From a virus (taxonomy: Duplodnaviria > Caudoviricetes): a stretch of 25,127 bases of DNA. Position 1 is the first letter of the stretch; each line of letters begins with the position of its first letter. Made by a program: the position numbers and the translations under genes. Shown piece after piece: positions 15,809 through 23,941 of this stretch. The stretch lies in IMG/VR virus record IMGVR_UViG_3300038673_000366, positions 1 to 25,127 of that record. One strand, given 5' to 3'. The notes under the pieces were generated by a model. That model worked only from the letters and a program-made list of their open reading frames with translations, was not told the DNA's origin and ran no database searches.

Positions 15809-16246
15809 TTAATCCTCCTCTATGGAATCAATCCGTATAAATCTTCCCACTACTACACTTCGTCTGATCCGCTGGAAGCCTGTCCATTCACAGCCAATGG
15901 CAGTCAGGCCCTTTACGGTGACTTTTGCTAGTTTGTGGTTACTTGGGTTTAGCTGCGACCTTAGTATCCGCAGCATATCCGAGGCCGGTTCCTTCTCACT
16001 GTAAACATGGAACCCCGTCATATATGGGTCAGGTGAGGTGTCTGGACTGCCGTAAGAATACAACAGTTCAGTATTTGTGTCCTCTGCCCATTCCCCGACG
16101 GGGCCATAAACCTCGACCCCAGTTCGTCTTAAAACAGGAGCGTAGGTTGTTTTCTTCCATACGTCCTGCTCTTGCACTACCACCTTCCACCCTTTGAACT
16201 CCTCCTCAGGGTGAATGGCGGTTGTATATACTTCTGCTAAACACAT
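15809..16246 (-). CDS. Conserved phage hypothetical protein (MCL...GWKV...GFH.Y family)
   Basis: Start reassigned to ATG 16246 after GGAGGAGG; motif pattern is common in phage early regions. Confidence 0.7.
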   Translation of the reverse strand: MCLAEVYTTAIHPEEEFKGWKVVVQEQDVWKKTTYAPVLRRTGVEVYGPVGEWAEDTNTELLYSYGSPDTSPDPYMTGFHVYSEKEPASDMLRILRSQLNPSNHKLAKVTVKGLTAIGCEWTGFQRIRRSVVVGRFIRIDSIEED

Positions 16247-16331
16247 TATTCCTCCTCCCCAACCTCCACAGTCAATAGGTTGGATAACCTCCATTCCTTC
16301 TCAGCAATGAAGGTTACTCAGCTTATTCGGC

Positions 16332-16514
16332 CTACTCTCCTAAATCATACCCCTGGAACTGTCCCCAGAAGTACTCGTCCATTGCCATAGCATAATCGCT
16401 GGGGACTACCATACACGGTCCCCTACGACTCAGCTTTACCATATGTATTTCCATCGCAACCCCCGAAACGTACCACGTATACATATCTTCTTCCTCCTCC
16501 TTCAATAGGTTCAA
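16332..16514 (-). CDS. Hypothetical protein
   Basis: An internal ATG after AAGGAGG (MYTWYV...) is the likelier start. Confidence 0.5.
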   Translation of the reverse strand: MNLLKEEEEDMYTWYVSGVAMEIHMVKLSRRGPCMVVPSDYAMAMDEYFWGQFQGYDLGE

Positions 16515-16563
16515 TCACCCCCATTATCGTTATGGTAATGGGGGTTATTCAGCCTACCCTCCT

Positions 16564-16779
16564 CTACTTCCAGGGGAAGGACGTGAACCCCTTCCCCTGC
16601 GACCAGGTCAACCTCCTGGTCTCGCCAAAGTACAGTATGACGGCCCACTTCCCAAAGCCGTCTCTCTGAAGCCACATCGCCAGAGGGCCCACCTCCCAGG
16701 ACCATTCCTGGAAAGTGACTCCCTTGTCGGATGGCCCTGAATAGGCCAGCCGTAACCCTGAGATCCGATAGATTTTCAT
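16564..16779 (-). CDS. Hypothetical protein (71 aa, Trp-rich)
   Basis: AGGAGG RBS; first gene after the repeat-containing intergenic region. Confidence 0.65.
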   Translation of the reverse strand: MKIYRISGLRLAYSGPSDKGVTFQEWSWEVGPLAMWLQRDGFGKWAVILYFGETRRLTWSQGKGFTSFPWK

Positions 16780-16815
16780 ATGTTATTCCTCCTAATCGTA
16801 ACGAATAAATACTGG

Positions 16816-16875
16816 ATCATCTGTCCCGTCTAATCATCTGTCCCGTTAGTCACTACCTTCTGTCCCCTGTCCCGT
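16816..16875. repeat. CTGTCCC(GT) repeat cluster, candidate operator
   Basis: ATCATCTGTCCCGT at 16816 and 16833; TCTGTCCC at 16859; CTGTCCCGT at 16867. Confidence 0.65.
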
Positions 16876-16938
16876 AGGGGTTCTTCACCTTTCCTACACC
16901 TACCCCCAAATCCTCCTCCCTCATCCGTTTACAGGCAC

Positions 16939-16969
16939 AAAAACGGGGAGGGGGTTTCCCCCCTCCCTC
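16939..16969 (-). terminator. Intrinsic terminator
   Basis: Minus strand GGGAGGGGG-GAAA-CCCCCTCCC followed by CGTTTTTG. Confidence 0.8.
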
Positions 16970-16982
16970 ATCGGCACCGTGG

Positions 16983-17405
16983 TTACTTCCGCATTCCCCG
17001 GATCTTTTCGAGCAATCCGGTTGGCATAGCGGCCCGCGGCGTTGCTTCACCCGGGCGGTAGTACATTGTCCATGTGTTCTTGGTTTTCCTTCCCCGTGCA
17101 TCGGTGCCGGTTTTGCTTGCCAGCTGGCGAACGATTTTGCCTTCACCTTCCGCCGCATCGGACGCCGCTTGTAGAGCACAGCGACGACATTTACCACAAG
17201 GTCTTTCATAGGAGCAGTTTTCGACCTTCGTCTTCATCGGGTGGTCAACGTCCTGCAACACGGCGTAAAACGCCGTGGCCACGTCCCGGCCGAAAAGGCC
17301 GGAGTAAGGGGTTCCATACTTCGTCGTGCCTTCTTTTCTGGGCAGCTCATCGACGATGGTCACCAAAGCATCCACACAAAACCTGTCACACTTAACCGTA
17401 GGCAT
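16983..17405 (-). CDS. Hypothetical Cys-containing protein (140 aa), first leftward gene
   Basis: Start reassigned to ATG 17405 after AAAGGAG; C..RPCGKCRRC motif; has its own terminator. Confidence 0.7.
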   Translation of the reverse strand: MPTVKCDRFCVDALVTIVDELPRKEGTTKYGTPYSGLFGRDVATAFYAVLQDVDHPMKTKVENCSYERPCGKCRRCALQAASDAAEGEGKIVRQLASKTGTDARGRKTKNTWTMYYRPGEATPRAAMPTGLLEKIRGMRK

Positions 17406-17932
17406 AGCTATCTCCTTTACATACTCATACGCAATGGGCATACATGGGCACAATTGCCCCATTTACATACATACACGCGGGAGGCCCGCGTCCTCGCCCT
17501 TTATGTTGCACGCCGCGTGCCAGAAGTGCTAAACTCTTTAGAATCACAGGTTAGGCGGATTATGCAGAACCTTTTCCATTTGCGACCCCCATTATTGTAA
17601 AGTATTCCGACAAAGTGTAAGGCAAAGTGTAAACGGCTCTATCCTATTGAGAACAAAGGAGAAACGGCTATGTTGAAATCTGTTTTCCATTTCCATTATA
17701 GGTAGGAATGGATTCTGAAATTCATTTTCCGAAGGGTAAGGGGGGTGGGTGCGCTGGAATGCGGTCGATGTCTCAGCCTTAAATAAAAAATAAAAAAAAA
17801 ATTAGAAAAGTGAGGTAGGGAAGGGGAGGTGAATAAAAGGTGAAAACACTTTACACCCTTAAACTCCACTTTTTTAGTTGTAGTTTTTTTAGTTGTAGGA
17901 GGTGGTTAAACAGGGATAAGGAGGGAATTTCG

Positions 17933-17962
17933 TTGACATTCCTGTTGACAGAAGGGTAAAAA
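17933..17962 (+). promoter_or_regulatory. Candidate rightward promoter of the packaging operon
   Basis: Two TTGACA hexamers 12 nt apart (17933, 17945); weak -10 TAAAAA at 18-nt spacing from the first. Confidence 0.35.
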
Positions 17963-17980
17963 GGGTGGGGAGGAGAAGAA

Positions 17981-18925
17981 ATGGTGAAAATACCAGCAGA
18001 TAATGGCGAAAATACAGTAGAGACGCCCTTAACCCCCACTGACGAAGTATCCCCTGAAGATATTCTCAAAAAACTGGAAGAAGGCACCACCAAAAAGACC
18101 GGTGTGCCTGCTAGATGGAAAGGAAGATCCGATATTAACCCCCTTACTGCGGCAGAAGAACGTAAAAGGACTAGATTGAGGAAGAATTCCAAGAAATATG
18201 ATGGAAGATTGCTGTCCAAGAATGGCACTATTTCCCGTACCAGTACCAAAGCGGTTCTAACGGACTTTTATGAGTCGGTGAGGTTGCCTGACCTTAAACA
18301 GGCATTACAGGTTTCGCATGACCCACGGTACCTTACCTTGTTATCCATGCTGAATAACCCCCGGTTTGCCAATAACACCTTCCCTGAACTCTGTAGACGA
18401 AGCAAGATGACTCTCCAGGATGTTGTGGAGGTGTGGAGGTTACATATAAAGAATCAGGGGATTGTGAGGATGATGGGGCATCTGCCGGATATTATGGAAG
18501 ATGTGGCCATTGATAGTAAGTCGAGAATAGTTGTGTGTGATAAGTGTCAGGGTAAAGGGCAGATTTTTGGGGCTACCATAAATGGGGTGGCTGACCCTGT
18601 TTGCCCAGAGTGTCATGGGGAAGGAACAATTAGACTGCTGGGAGATAAAAGTGCCAGAGACTTAGCATTTGAAACCGTGGGATTGAAGAAGACCGGTGGG
18701 ATCAATGTGAATGTGGCGCAGGTGAATAATACTCCCAAACTTCCTTCATTGGAGGATCAGATAAGTAGTGTGGAGGATGTGTTTGACGCGGAGTATTCAA
18801 CTTTAAGTGGGGAGGAGACAGATGGTAATTATCGGGAAGAAGGAGTTCCGCAGATTACAGAAAAGGCTGATGACGATAGAGAAGATGGTGGCGAGGTTGC
18901 AGCCGCTGGTGAAGGGGATGGGTAA
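17981..18925 (+). CDS. Putative terminase small subunit-like protein with a DnaJ-type zinc finger
   Basis: First late gene, upstream of terL; CDKCQGKG and CPECHGEG; GGINVNVAQVN low-complexity segment and acidic tail as seen in many TerS-like proteins. Confidence 0.55.
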   Translation: MVKIPADNGENTVETPLTPTDEVSPEDILKKLEEGTTKKTGVPARWKGRSDINPLTAAEERKRTRLRKNSKKYDGRLLSKNGTISRTSTKAVLTDFYESVRLPDLKQALQVSHDPRYLTLLSMLNNPRFANNTFPELCRRSKMTLQDVVEVWRLHIKNQGIVRMMGHLPDIMEDVAIDSKSRIVVCDKCQGKGQIFGATINGVADPVCPECHGEGTIRLLGDKSARDLAFETVGLKKTGGINVNVAQVNNTPKLPSLEDQISSVEDVFDAEYSTLSGEETDGNYREEGVPQITEKADDDREDGGEVAAAGEGDG

Positions 18926-19037
18926 CGAGGTTGAGGTTTCATATACCAACCCGGAGAAGCAGTTTCTGGATGAGCTGAGAAAGAGGATGGGGATGCTTAG
19001 TGATGAGGAACTTAGGGAGTTGGAAGGGGAGGAGTGA
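18822..19037 (+). CDS. Small hypothetical protein (71 aa)
   Basis: ATG 18822 after GGAGGAG; overlaps the acidic tail of the upstream gene; GTGA-coupled to the next gene. Confidence 0.55.
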   Translation: MVIIGKKEFRRLQKRLMTIEKMVARLQPLVKGMGNEVEVSYTNPEKQFLDELRKRMGMLSDEELRELEGEE

Positions 19038-19240
19038 TGAAACTTCCAGTACATATAAGAGTGGTTATTTGGGCTTTGAGGAAAGGGATGAACCCGCTGT
19101 GGTTGAATCGGTGGCCACTTAACAGGTGGTTTGAGCTGACTACCTCTACAGAGGAGCTGGCAGAGGCAGACCTGAGTGAGGCATGGGTGCAGGATACCCG
19201 AACAGGGGTGCTTTTTCAGGGCACAGATAGGATTCAGTAA
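19034..19240 (+). CDS. Small hypothetical protein (68 aa)
   Basis: GGGGAGG RBS; fills the gap before terL. Confidence 0.55.
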   Translation: MMKLPVHIRVVIWALRKGMNPLWLNRWPLNRWFELTTSTEELAEADLSEAWVQDTRTGVLFQGTDRIQ

Positions 19241-19245
19241 CTGAT

Positions 19246-21237
19246 ATGTATAGTGAAAAGGTGGCTCAGAAGAGGATAGAGGTGGTGGAGAAACACCTCA
19301 AAATAAAGCTCAAACACTTCCCGGTTGGGAAGGTGGATGAGTTGAGGGCGCACCTTGAAGCCTTATTGAATGACAAAGGGGAATTGACTAGAGGTCTGAG
19401 TCAGGAGGAAGTGGAGTTTATCAGGAATGAGAGGTTGATGTGTAAGTGCTCATTTAGGTATTGGGCTGATCGGTATGCTGTGATGCAGAAAGATGGGACG
19501 GTTGGTGGGGGAGTGGGGAGGGTGAGGTTCTGGTCGTCACAGGAATTGGCGTTAAAGAAAATGGGAGAGGTTGAAGATGTTCAGTGGGATATGTTCAGGA
19601 AAGGAGAGGCGGTTGATGGGATTTGTGTGGTAATGCACAAAGCGAGGCAGTTGGGGGCATGTTGTGTGGCTGGAACTAAAGTACTACGGGGAGACTTCAC
19701 CTGGGTTGCTATAGAAGATATTAAAATAGGTGATAAGGTAGTTGGAGTTGATGAGTATGTGGTTGGTGGTAAAGGACACGCGAGGAAAATGAGGATGGCT
19801 GAGGTACTGGGGACATGTACGATGTATGCCCCAACTTGGAAGATTACCCTGTCTGATGGTACTACTTTTCATACTACCCTACACCACAAATTCATCTTCC
19901 GACGTAGGGGAGGTCACGATTTACAGTGGAGAGAAGCTCAAGATGTTAGGGTGGGGGATCAGATTAGACGATTTTCTCAGGTGTGGGGACCCCCTACTGT
20001 GGAGGATAGTTGGTTTGGAGGGTTGTTAGATGGTGAGGGGTCATTAAGATTTAAGAGGAGTGGAGGCGCAGAACTTACTGTATGTCAGGTTCCGGGAGCG
20101 GTATTAGATAGGGCACATGCGTATTTGAAGAGTATTGGAGTTGATTACAGGATTGATGTTGACGATAGAATTGGCGGGGCTAGCAGTAAGTTAGGTAGTA
20201 AACCTGTACACAAATTGGTTGTGAGTAGGTTAGGGGATATCTTTAGGGTTTTGGGTAAAACTCAACCAACTAGATTTAGGGATTTGCAGTGGTTCCAAGG
20301 GAAAGAGATACCCAATAATAATGGTGATGTATGGGCACATGTAGTTAAGTCTGAAGAGTCAATGGTGCAGAGGGTGTTTGATATACAAACAACTACTGCT
20401 ACTTACATTGCAGAAGGGTATATTTCTCACAATACCGCACTAAGTAGAATTATCCTTTGTCATAGGGAGACTAGTTATAGGCATATTAGGGGAATGGCAG
20501 CGAGTGTAGATGATGATAAAATTATGGAACTCTATGATAGGGATAAGTTGTGTATTAACAGTTTACCTTTTTATTTGAAGCCTGAAATAGGGTACGACGT
20601 AAAAGGGGAACATATCTACTTTGATAAGCTGGATTCGAGGATGCTGTATCAGCAAAGTAGACAGCAATCGGGGCTGGGGCAGGGGAGACAGTTTGATATA
20701 GCACATTTAACAGAGTGTGCGTTTTGGCCTTACCCGAATATGATTGAACTTGACTTCTTTCCCACCCTCCCACTTGGGATAAATACCCTTTGTATACTGG
20801 AGAGTACCGCAAATGGTTTAGGGGGGTGGTGGTATGACTTTACAGAGGATGTAAGGAAGGGATTACAGAGAAGGTGGAAGTACATATTTGCCCCTTGGTA
20901 TATTGAGACAAGAAAGAACAGAGCTACACCCCCAACCGACTGGACTCCCTCCGATTTGACCATGAAGCACGCTAGAAGAGTGTATGAGACTTCTAGAGTG
21001 TATACGGGGAGAGATGTATTACTGGAGAAGGAGCAGCTTTACTGGTATGAGACAGAGCGGGATGCGGCAAGAAGGAGGGGGAAACTTAACCTCTTTTTAA
21101 CTAACTTCTGTGCTACCCCGGAAGAGAGCTTCCAACATACAGGGGCGAGTCAGTTTAGTGTTGATGTATTGGAGAGAATAAGGTTGGGGGTGGTGGTGCC
21201 TAACTTTTACGAAGTGCAGGTGAATAATGGCACTTAA
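19246..21237 (+). CDS. terL: Terminase large subunit, ATPase part, intein-containing
   Basis: Walker A HKARQLGA|T, Walker B IAHLTECAFW, coupling motif ILESTANG, IFAPWY and TPEESF; no nuclease domain in this ORF. Confidence 0.9.
   Translation: MYSEKVAQKRIEVVEKHLKIKLKHFPVGKVDELRAHLEALLNDKGELTRGLSQEEVEFIRNERLMCKCSFRYWADRYAVMQKDGTVGGGVGRVRFWSSQELALKKMGEVEDVQWDMFRKGEAVDGICVVMHKARQLGACCVAGTKVLRGDFTWVAIEDIKIGDKVVGVDEYVVGGKGHARKMRMAEVLGTCTMYAPTWKITLSDGTTFHTTLHHKFIFRRRGGHDLQWREAQDVRVGDQIRRFSQVWGPPTVEDSWFGGLLDGEGSLRFKRSGGAELTVCQVPGAVLDRAHAYLKSIGVDYRIDVDDRIGGASSKLGSKPVHKLVVSRLGDIFRVLGKTQPTRFRDLQWFQGKEIPNNNGDVWAHVVKSEESMVQRVFDIQTTTATYIAEGYISHNTALSRIILCHRETSYRHIRGMAASVDDDKIMELYDRDKLCINSLPFYLKPEIGYDVKGEHIYFDKLDSRMLYQQSRQQSGLGQGRQFDIAHLTECAFWPYPNMIELDFFPTLPLGINTLCILESTANGLGGWWYDFTEDVRKGLQRRWKYIFAPWYIETRKNRATPPTDWTPSDLTMKHARRVYETSRVYTGRDVLLEKEQLYWYETERDAARRRGKLNLFLTNFCATPEESFQHTGASQFSVDVLERIRLGVVVPNFYEVQVNNGT
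19660..20433 (+). mobile_element. Intein (258 aa) with a LAGLIDADG homing-endonuclease motif
   Basis: Block A CCVAGTKV, block B TTLHHKF, WFGGLLDGEGS, block F VFDIQT, block G YISHN followed by extein Thr. Confidence 0.9.
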
Positions 21238-22075
21238 ACTTCCTGAACTTTATAGAATTGGTAATGAAGGGGTGCTGACGGAGCACCCGGCACCAGAGGA
21301 CACAGATCCACGAGGGTTGGTGGTGGTTATGGAGCCTCCTTCACCAAGGGAGACGTATGTATTAGGGTGTGATCCCACTGTAGGGATTGTGGGGTGGGAT
21401 AGGAGGTTTAGGACAAGGGATGATATTAAGACGGATAATGGGGCTATTGAGATAATTAGGGTGGGGAGGAACGGAAAACCAGATGTTCAGGTGTGTGAAT
21501 ATGCGGCCCCCATTGATCCTGAGGAGTTGGCGGATGGGGCTAATATTCTGGGGAGGTTGGTTGCGGGAAATGACGAGAGTGGGCAGTGTTTGTGCATAAT
21601 TGAGGTGTACCCTGGTCCGGGGCTACTAACCCAGCGGAAAATGCTCAATCAGCATGGTTATACTAATATGTTTGTGTGGAAGTACTTGGATTCAATGAGT
21701 GTGAAGATGACCACCTCATTGGGGTGGCAAGCGTCACCGAAGTCGGTAAGGGATTTGTGGATCAGAGGGACTAGACATATATCATTGGATAAGATCAGGA
21801 TTTTGTCTCCGTATTTGGCAGAGGAATTGGCCCATTGTGAGGCCGATGAACTGAAAATGACCGCCAAGGCGTCCTCTGGGAAGCACGATGATAGAGCAAG
21901 GGCGTTTTTGATGGCAATTTGGGCCGCCCACGACTGGAGTTATCAGGTGGAGGAGAAAAAGGTGGAAGTTTCGACCTCAAAAGAGCCAGATTGGCAAAGA
22001 TCGGATGTTTCAGCGGCAAAAATGTACGAAATGTGGGATGACCGGTTTTCGGACCTCTTGGATGATTTACACTAG
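21227..22075 (+). CDS. Terminase large subunit, RNase H-like nuclease part (separate gene)
   Basis: YVLGCDPTVG, DNGAIEI, QVCEY, IIEVYPGPG, LGW and GKHDDRARA acidic motifs; AGGTGA RBS; 11-nt overlap with the ATPase gene. Confidence 0.85.
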   Translation: MALKLPELYRIGNEGVLTEHPAPEDTDPRGLVVVMEPPSPRETYVLGCDPTVGIVGWDRRFRTRDDIKTDNGAIEIIRVGRNGKPDVQVCEYAAPIDPEELADGANILGRLVAGNDESGQCLCIIEVYPGPGLLTQRKMLNQHGYTNMFVWKYLDSMSVKMTTSLGWQASPKSVRDLWIRGTRHISLDKIRILSPYLAEELAHCEADELKMTAKASSGKHDDRARAFLMAIWAAHDWSYQVEEKKVEVSTSKEPDWQRSDVSAAKMYEMWDDRFSDLLDDLH

Positions 22076-22129
22076 ATGTTTAGCCTTGACGGGACCTAAA
22101 TCCTGTCATATTTACACTATGGAGGTATT

Positions 22130-22504
22130 ATGGCACTGCTGGCGATTAAGTTGAGCCTCCCTTCGGAGGTTATTAGTGCATATGAGGAACGTGGGGAGCT
22201 GGGGAAGGTGCTGTCGGCCCAACTGACAAGAACTGTACACTATACAGCCGAAAAGCCGATGTATATTAACGATGCTTTACGTTTGAGGCTGGAAAGACTG
22301 TTTGGAGCTAATTTTCAATCCCCAGAGGATCTGGTGAGGAAAATGGAGAGGTATGTGACGGCGAGGATAGGGGAGGTGGATGTTCAGTTGAAGCCTCAAC
22401 TTCTACAGAGATTGAGAACAAGGTGTCCCAGTAATAAAACCTTCGAGAAACATCTTGAAGAGAGGGTTATACTGGGATTGGAAGAATATGCGGGGATGAG
22501 GTAA
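22130..22504 (+). CDS. Hypothetical protein (124 aa)
   Basis: GGAGGT RBS; possible TTGACG promoter just upstream. Confidence 0.7.
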   Translation: MALLAIKLSLPSEVISAYEERGELGKVLSAQLTRTVHYTAEKPMYINDALRLRLERLFGANFQSPEDLVRKMERYVTARIGEVDVQLKPQLLQRLRTRCPSNKTFEKHLEERVILGLEEYAGMR

Positions 22505-22524
22505 AAACAGATGAGGTAAAAACA
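22495..22524 (+). repeat. 15-bp perfect tandem duplication GATGAGGTAAAAACA x2
   Basis: Copies at 22495-22509 and 22510-22524; spans a stop codon and the next RBS. Confidence 0.85.
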
Positions 22525-22525
22525 T

Positions 22526-22939
22526 ATGGCAAATGCTAAGAAGGTCAAGAAGCCTGAGCTGGAATTGAGTACGGGGACGGGTGAAACTATTGGGAGTTTG
22601 GCTACTACCCGAGGGATACGAGAAGCCAAGGCTTGGGGGAGGCCAGACCGAGCAGAAGCACTGGAGCGTTATACACATACAGGTTTACGAAAGCATGAAC
22701 TGGAAGACCGAACCCGTAGGCATCTTGGTCATGATCTTTCTCAGGGTGGAGCTTCCTATAAAGACATAATAAAGTACAATATGGGCCTTGGAGGCAAAAA
22801 GGGTGATTACGAGACTATTAAGCGTCTGCAAGGTACCTTCGATAGGATGCACGAAGCCGGAAATTCTATTTACCGTGAAGGCCGCAATAGTAACACCCTG
22901 CGGTCTAAGAAATTAACTCGAAAGCGGGGGAAGCGATAA
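22526..22939 (+). CDS. Basic hypothetical protein (137 aa)
   Basis: GAGGT RBS; Lys/Arg-rich ends; TAATG-coupled to the next gene. Confidence 0.7.
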   Translation: MANAKKVKKPELELSTGTGETIGSLATTRGIREAKAWGRPDRAEALERYTHTGLRKHELEDRTRRHLGHDLSQGGASYKDIIKYNMGLGGKKGDYETIKRLQGTFDRMHEAGNSIYREGRNSNTLRSKKLTRKRGKR

Positions 22940-23559
22940 TGCCAAATTCACGGCCTGAGGCGACTCCATTACCCCCTCCTCCTCCTCCTGTACCTTTTGG
23001 GGCTTCTCCTGCTAGGAGTATAGCCAAGGCGGTGGGGTTTCCTTGGCCGTGGGCTCCGGGATTGGATAATGTTTGGTTTAGACAAGATTATAATGCTGCT
23101 GATGCGTGGGGAGAGTTCTTTAAGAAGCAGAACATTATCAGAGTTACTCCTAACCGTAGAGATCTTTTAGGTGCGTATGCTACAGCTAATCACGAGCTTA
23201 CGCACCCGGTACAAAAAGCATTGCAGTATAATAGTCTATTACTGGGTTCACATCTTGGGCCAACATATGCTGAACCATTACACTACACAAAACCGCAAAC
23301 TATACTACAGCGTATATTTACTCCTTATGTTAGAGATCCCTATGAGCTGTATGCTAGGCTACGCGGAGACGAAAAGATGGCAGGGGTCCCTGAACATATG
23401 CGATACGAAGACCCTTTACCCTATTGGATGGGTAGGTATGCTACAGGTCAATCAGTACCTCCACTGGTTAAACAGGCAATAGAAGAGAGTATATACTTTA
23501 ATCCTAAAACGGTGAAGTTACCCCAAGCAATACAAAGACAGAGGAGAAATAACAAGTAA
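22939..23559 (+). CDS. Zincin-like (HExxH) metallopeptidase-domain protein with a polyproline N-terminus
   Basis: ANHELTHPVQ plus downstream PYELYARL. Confidence 0.6.
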   Translation: MPNSRPEATPLPPPPPPVPFGASPARSIAKAVGFPWPWAPGLDNVWFRQDYNAADAWGEFFKKQNIIRVTPNRRDLLGAYATANHELTHPVQKALQYNSLLLGSHLGPTYAEPLHYTKPQTILQRIFTPYVRDPYELYARLRGDEKMAGVPEHMRYEDPLPYWMGRYATGQSVPPLVKQAIEESIYFNPKTVKLPQAIQRQRRNNK

Positions 23560-23921
23560 TGCCTATTCACGATGTTCAATGCTCAAAGTGTGGTAAAGTA
23601 ATAGAGAACTATTTTGCTTCCCCGTGGCCTCATACTCTCCGCCACGAGGAAGATGGGGGTGAACTGCAGATTTTATGGCGACCCCAAACCTCCTCTGGAG
23701 TCGCCGCAGTTCATCCCTCAGAACGCACTGTAGTGTACAGGAACCCTCAAACAGGCGAAGTAGCGTACCCGGGTAGGGCTGATGAGATTATGCCTGCCAG
23801 ATACAGGCTGAGGGGGTTTCAGAGGGTGGAGTTTGAACATGCCCGGGACTTGGAAAAGTTTGAGAAAGAAACAGGTACCATAAATGAAGGGGTGTGGTAT
23901 AACTCGGGTAATGGGGCGTAA
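23559..23921 (+). CDS. FmdB-like zinc-ribbon protein
   Basis: MPIHDVQCSKCGKVIE matches the MPxYxYxCxxCG..E family start; such genes are common near phage packaging genes. Confidence 0.65.
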   Translation: MPIHDVQCSKCGKVIENYFASPWPHTLRHEEDGGELQILWRPQTSSGVAAVHPSERTVVYRNPQTGEVAYPGRADEIMPARYRLRGFQRVEFEHARDLEKFEKETGTINEGVWYNSGNGA

Positions 23922-23941
23922 CTGATAGGGAAGGGGGAGTT

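Noticed and set aside
245-17600. Numerous plus-strand ORFs in the early region (e.g. 3634-4041, 6203-6652, 11830-12372, 14020-14403)
   Set aside because: They are antisense shadows of well-supported minus-strand genes, Ser/Pro/Leu-rich from strand purine bias, and lack RBS or motifs.
21200-21240. Programmed frameshift joining the two terminase ORFs
   Set aside because: No canonical slippery sequence at the junction, and the second ORF has its own RBS and ATG; cannot be fully excluded.
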